Source of the DNA: Vampirovibrionales bacterium
Lineage (GTDB): Bacteria; Cyanobacteriota; Vampirovibrionia; Vampirovibrionales; JAJTHC01
Assembly (NCBI GenBank): GCA_044346175.1
Contig: JBIIZQ010000005.1
Coordinates: forward strand, 20,818-84,817
DNA: 64,000 nt
Direction of reading: 5' to 3'
Shown: piece by piece, positions 59,855 through 64,000 of the stretch
Layout: the number at the start of each line of letters is the position of its first letter
Position numbering within the stretch: the stretch's first letter is position 1
Translations under genes and position numbers: made by a program
Notes under the pieces: generated by a model
Seen by the model: only the letters and a program-made list of their open reading frames with translations
Databases searched by the model: none
Told to the model about the DNA's origin: nothing

Positions 59855-60919
59855 ATGACACTTGCTGTATCGTCTTCAAATACCATGAAACATGTCAAAC
59901 CCTTTGAGTCGACACAAAGAGGTGCGATGCCCAAGGTGGCACTGGTAGGGTGTGGGTATTGGGGGCGTAACCTAGCACGTAATTTTTATCAGCTGGGTGC
60001 ATTAGCCGCCGTGTGTGACCCTTTCCCTGCTGCAAAAGCTTGGGTTGAAGAGACTTTCCCAAACCCTGTGCCTGTTGAAACCTCCTTGGAGGTGCTTCTT
60101 GAGCATAGCCATATTGATGCCCTCGTGATTGCCACCCCGAGTGAGACCCATCATGAGATGGTAGCTCGTGCTATTCAGGCTGGGAAGCACGTTTATGTTG
60201 AAAAGCCATTTACGGTGAGTGGTGTCATGGGGCGAGACCTGATTACGCAAGCCCGTGAGCGAGGGCTTATTCTGATGGTGGGGCATTTGCTCATGTACCA
60301 TCCTGCCGTATTTCGTCTGAGAGAGTTTATTGCGTTGGGGCATTTGGGACGTGTCACCATGATTGAAAGTACCCGACTTAACTGGAATGCGAAGCGTGCC
60401 GATGCGAATGTGCTATGGGACCTTGCACCTCATGACCTCTCCCTCATCAGTTACATTGCCAATGCCAAAGCGGGTAAGGTCATATCGGCAATGGGACTAA
60501 ACTCTCAGGGGCATCCTGATGGTAAAATCGATATGGCTGATATGTGGGTGACGCTTGAGAAAAACACCACCTTTGACCCCCAGCATCCTTTACAAACGCA
60601 AGATGCCACGCCTATATTGAGCCGTGTTCAGGTTTCTTGGGCTTACCCTGTTAAACAGGTACGTTTATTGGTGCGTGGTACCAAGGGTTCTATGTTACTG
60701 GATGATACCCAAACGCAAGATAAAAAACTCATGTGGTTTCCAGCAGAAACGCCTCAACAAGGGCAACCGCTAGATGTACTAGGTGTGGAACCCCTCAAGG
60801 TAGAGTGCCAACACTTCTTGAATGCGATTCAAGCAGGCACACTTCCTAAGAGTGATGGTGAAAATGGGGTCTATATTGTGGATATTATTGAGTCAGCACT
60901 CACCATGATGGGAGCCTAA
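59855..60919 (+). CDS. Gfo/Idh/MocA-family NAD(P)-dependent oxidoreductase
   Basis: N-terminal Rossmann VALVGCGYWGRNLARNF and the EKP motif (VYVEKPFT). Confidence 0.75.
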   Translation: MTLAVSSSNTMKHVKPFESTQRGAMPKVALVGCGYWGRNLARNFYQLGALAAVCDPFPAAKAWVEETFPNPVPVETSLEVLLEHSHIDALVIATPSETHHEMVARAIQAGKHVYVEKPFTVSGVMGRDLITQARERGLILMVGHLLMYHPAVFRLREFIALGHLGRVTMIESTRLNWNAKRADANVLWDLAPHDLSLISYIANAKAGKVISAMGLNSQGHPDGKIDMADMWVTLEKNTTFDPQHPLQTQDATPILSRVQVSWAYPVKQVRLLVRGTKGSMLLDDTQTQDKKLMWFPAETPQQGQPLDVLGVEPLKVECQHFLNAIQAGTLPKSDGENGVYIVDIIESALTMMGA

Positions 60920-60928
60920 TGTTTCATT

Positions 60929-61414
60929 ATGAAAATAACCATTCAAAAAAAAGTGTTTTTTGCGGCTCCTCTGGATTTAGTCTTCAAAACAGTTTCGGCT
61001 GAAGATATTTTACCTAAAGTACTTTTAGGCTCTTTGGGCTTACCAAGCGTAGTGAGAACTTCCGATGTTGTGGGGCATTGGGAAGCTATAGGAAGTACAA
61101 GACGGGTTCATCTAGCCGATGGCAATGAAGTGAAAGAAAGGCTTATAGTTTATGAGCCTCTTACAAAATTTGCCTATGAGGTTTATGAAGGCACGCATCC
61201 AGCTTTTCATTTTTTGGTCTCTAGGGCTGAAGGTACTTGGCATTTTATCCCTCAGGATGACGGGGTTGAGGTTATTTGGAGATATACTTTTTTTGTGAAA
61301 CATGTATTTTTTATTGGGCTTTTATGGATTTTTGTTCACGTTTTTTGGTCGAGATATATGGATGTTTGTTTAAATCAACTTAAACGATTAGTTTCTTCCA
61401 GTAAGGTGATATGA
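60929..61414 (+). CDS. Small SRPBCC-like (START/Bet v1/polyketide-cyclase-type) protein, putative
   Basis: About 160 aa. The predicted alpha/beta pattern and sequence (VFKTVSAEDILPKVL...WHFIPQDDGVEVIWRYTF) are reminiscent of Polyketide_cyc2-type domains. Weak call. Confidence 0.35.
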   Translation: MKITIQKKVFFAAPLDLVFKTVSAEDILPKVLLGSLGLPSVVRTSDVVGHWEAIGSTRRVHLADGNEVKERLIVYEPLTKFAYEVYEGTHPAFHFLVSRAEGTWHFIPQDDGVEVIWRYTFFVKHVFFIGLLWIFVHVFWSRYMDVCLNQLKRLVSSSKVI

Positions 61415-61484
61415 CGCAGCTTTCCCTCATGCCTTTGGTGCGTGATTTATGAATTTTTAGAAAACAGAATCCTCAGCCAGATTT

Positions 61485-62405
61485 ATGAATTCCTCTTTTC
61501 AAACTCTCCCTAACGCTACTGTTAAGCCTGACTGGCTCAAGGTGAAGCTGCGTACACACGAGCCTTGGCTACAGGATATGAAAAACCACGTCAAGCAACA
61601 GGGGCTTAGTACGGTGTGCCAAGAAGCCCAGTGTCCTAACCTCAGTGAGTGTTGGGCTGGGGGTACCGTCACACTGATGCTCATGGGGGATACCTGCACC
61701 CGAGGGTGTCGTTTTTGTAACGTTAAAACAGGAAATCCCCATGGCTGGTTGGATGAGGAAGAACCTCAAAAAGTAGCCCAAATGGTGGCACAAGGGGCTT
61801 GGCAGTATGTTGTTTTAACCGTTGTAAACCGAGACGACCTTCCTGATGCTGGGGCGGGGCATATTGTTCGGGTATTGGAAGCCATTCGTGAAGCCTCGCC
61901 GAGTACGGTGATAGAAACGCTCCTTCCTGATTTTAATGGCCAGGTTACTCAATTTCAGCAAATCCAAGCCACAAGTCCCACACCCCCTGAAGTGATTGCC
62001 CATAATATGGAAACGGTCGAGCGGTTAACCCCCCTTGTAAGAGATAGACGTGCGACGTATGCTCAAAGCCTTGCACTTTTACAATGGTTTAGTGACCACC
62101 GTATAGGCAAACAACTTGTTAAGACCTCTTTGATGGTAGGTTTAGGTGAAACCGATATAGAGCTTGACCAAACCCTTGAAGCCCTTCGTGTTGCTGGGGT
62201 GGATATTGTGACGTTTGGGCAGTATTTACAGCCTACGCCTAAACATTTACCTGTGGTGACTTACCAGCCACCCGAGTGGTTTGCACATTGGGAGACCCGT
62301 GCAAAAGAGGTTTTTGGATTTAAAGGGGTTTTTGCGGGTAGCTTTGTCCGAAGCTCCTACAAAGCGGGTGCTTTATACCAAGAGGTTTTCGCTCGTAGGG
62401 GATAA
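61485..62405 (+). CDS. lipA: Lipoyl synthase
   Basis: N-terminal auxiliary cluster CQEAQCPNLSECW and radical-SAM CTRGCRFC, with a conserved C-terminal region. Confidence 0.9.
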   Translation: MNSSFQTLPNATVKPDWLKVKLRTHEPWLQDMKNHVKQQGLSTVCQEAQCPNLSECWAGGTVTLMLMGDTCTRGCRFCNVKTGNPHGWLDEEEPQKVAQMVAQGAWQYVVLTVVNRDDLPDAGAGHIVRVLEAIREASPSTVIETLLPDFNGQVTQFQQIQATSPTPPEVIAHNMETVERLTPLVRDRRATYAQSLALLQWFSDHRIGKQLVKTSLMVGLGETDIELDQTLEALRVAGVDIVTFGQYLQPTPKHLPVVTYQPPEWFAHWETRAKEVFGFKGVFAGSFVRSSYKAGALYQEVFARRG

Positions 62406-62448
62406 TCTGTCTGAGGTAATCATAACCTCTCTAGAACCGCTGGATGCC

Positions 62449-62866
62449 GTAGGGGACGGTTTATAACCGTCCCGCAAAAACCCACCGTAAAAACGACAAA
62501 TGTCATACACAAACAACCCTAACGGGAGGGTTACAAACCCTCCCCTACGTTACGTTTCAATTATCTTACACCGTCTCTGATGCGGGTCGACATCCAGCAT
62601 GTGTTCTGTAGGGGACGGTTTATAACCGTCTCGCAAAACCCCCACCGTAAACACGACAAACGGCATACACAAACAACCCTAACGGGAGGGTTATAAACCC
62701 TCCCCTACGTTACGTTTCAATTATCTTACACCGCCTCCGATGCGGGTCGACATCCAGCATGTGTTCTGTAGGGGACGGTTTATAACCGTCCCGCAAAAAC
62801 CCACGGTAAAAACGACAAACGGCATACACAAACAACCCTAACGGGAGGGTTATAAACCCTCCCCTA
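62449..62866. repeat. Tandem array (2.6 copies) of a 159-160-bp composite unit carrying two GC-rich 9-bp-stem hairpins with TAT/ATA loops
   Basis: Each unit holds GGGACGGTTtatAACCGTCCC, about 45 nt of A/C-rich spacer, and GGGAGGGTTataAACCCTCCC. Copies differ by only a few SNPs. It sits in the convergent gap between lipA and ORF 63053. Confidence 0.9.
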
Positions 62867-63052
62867 CAATAGGGATAGCATGGGGATGATGTAAGATACG
62901 TGAAAACGGTTTTTAGGTGCAAGCCTTCATGCGATTGACCTGTGCCAGCTTTTTGTTTTGCCTATCGGCTAGGGTGTGCGAGTTGGCATAAGCATTCAGG
63001 GAATCCTTCTTGATTCAGAAAGACTCCCTGAAGCCTCGTTGCGATGAAAGGA

Positions 63053-63925
63053 TTAAGTGGAGGGTTGGTATCTCAGAATGTCACCTAAAGTGGTATTCCC
63101 TAAGTTACCATTTGCACCCGCTGTGGCATCAGCAGCGGCGGTGGCTACTTTCTCAACAAAGGTTGTATCAAAATAACCTGTTTGGCAACCGTTAGGGGTT
63201 CGTACGTTCATGTGGATTTTGTACTCACCGTTTTCAACGACAATCCGCTTTGCCATGGCATTGTTAGCCCCGTCAATTTCTTGACCTGTCGATACCGTTA
63301 AGCCGTTGGCATTGATGGGTGCAAAGTTACCGCCGAAGAGGTTGCCTGCACGCATGTAACTATTCCCTTGTTTCACAAGAATGTCGCCACGTTGTCCTTT
63401 GCTACCATCGGCAAGTACAAAACTATCATCGTTGTTGGCAAGGGTAATCACGCCACCCCCATTAAACTCATAGCGTCCGACCCCAGGCCCGTTTAGGTCG
63501 CCTTTCACCCCTACGCCTGCAATTTGTAAACCACTGGAAGGGTCAACCAGCAATTCTTTACGTTCCCCATGATTGATGGGGAAGGTTCCCATTTCACCTT
63601 TGGTGTAGTTCCACCATTCGGGGTCGCCACAAATGCCCGCTGAGTTTAAAGGGTTATTGGGTGCAGGTGGCGGAGGTGGCGGCGGTGGTGTAGGTGGTAA
63701 AGGTGGTGGTGGTGTAGGTGGTAAAGGAGTAGGTGGTAAAGGAGGAGGCGGAGGTGGACACGGTGGGGGTGGACATGCCGCTTGTTGTTGATAGAACCAG
63801 TTTCCTTGCTCATACCAGCTGCCTGTAAATTGTTGTGCCATGGCAAGGGCTTGTTGCTGATAAGCCAGTGCAAAAGCCATTTCTTGGCTGTTATCTCGTG
63901 CCATGTAGTTGGATAGGCTTCCCAT
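63053..63925 (-). CDS. Hypothetical protein with a Q-rich N-terminus, a ~40-residue polyproline linker (PPPPCPPPPPPLPPTPLPPTPPPPLPPTPPPPPPPPAP) and a Gly/Asn-rich C-terminal domain
   Basis: No domain was recognised in the long ORF. The proline run is encoded by GC-rich ggtgg/aggtgg repeats on the plus strand. The N-terminus may extend upstream of the ORF-track start, possibly to the window edge. Confidence 0.45.
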   Translation of the reverse strand: MGSLSNYMARDNSQEMAFALAYQQQALAMAQQFTGSWYEQGNWFYQQQAACPPPPCPPPPPPLPPTPLPPTPPPPLPPTPPPPPPPPAPNNPLNSAGICGDPEWWNYTKGEMGTFPINHGERKELLVDPSSGLQIAGVGVKGDLNGPGVGRYEFNGGGVITLANNDDSFVLADGSKGQRGDILVKQGNSYMRAGNLFGGNFAPINANGLTVSTGQEIDGANNAMAKRIVVENGEYKIHMNVRTPNGCQTGYFDTTFVEKVATAAADATAGANGNLGNTTLGDILRYQPST

Positions 63926-64000
63926 TGTGTTTTGTACAAAGGCGTTGTATTGTGCAACGTCTATGCCATCATTACACTGAGAAAGTACACTACCAGCCCC

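Noticed and set aside
62449-62866. Possible CRISPR array, given the regularly spaced short palindromes
   Set aside because: The sequence between the palindromes is itself repeated nearly identically in every unit, so there are no unique spacers. The period of 159-160 bp is far longer than a CRISPR repeat plus spacer. No cas genes are nearby.

Overview
This 64-kb window is chromosomal DNA from a Gram-negative-type bacterium, roughly 50% GC by eye, with short AT-rich islands. It mixes well-supported housekeeping genes with accessory features. Identifiable housekeeping genes: thrC, recO, nadK, panC, an SDR epimerase, ftsH, a CtpA-type protease, a PlsC-type acyltransferase, alaS, miaA, a polyprenyl synthase, a Gfo/Idh/MocA oxidoreductase, lipA, and tRNA-Lys(UUU). 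Other systems: a four-gene Rieske/cytochrome b6-subunit IV respiratory operon containing two unusual paralogous membrane proteins, a flagellar/T3SS-type export pair (FlhA plus a FliH-like protein), a c-di-AMP gene set (KimA-like K+ transporter, CdaA, and a DHH/DHHA1 NrnA-like phosphoesterase), a cellulose-synthase-like GT2 enzyme fused to tandem PilZ domains, two orphan oligopeptide-type ABC components, a GT9 heptosyltransferase, and two paralogous GT-A-like proteins 33 kb apart. Features that look accessory or novel: (1) a ~2.4-kb AT-rich island encoding a 660-aa Inc-like membrane protein with a near-perfect 141-bp internal duplication; (2) a family of small palindromic MITE/REP-like elements in three copies; (3) a 159-bp composite palindromic tandem array (2.6 copies) in the convergent gap after lipA; (4) a small, strongly signalled gene encoding a Cys-containing Tyr/Asn/Ala/Gly-repeat protein; (5) a block of large orphan proteins between cdaA and nrnA; (6) secreted-looking low-complexity and polyproline proteins. 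No transposases, integrases, CRISPR arrays or recognisable defence genes were found. Where exact sequence coordinates are quoted (ORF start codons, repeat boundaries), a few were checked by manual counting against the supplied ORF track; assume ±2 nt.
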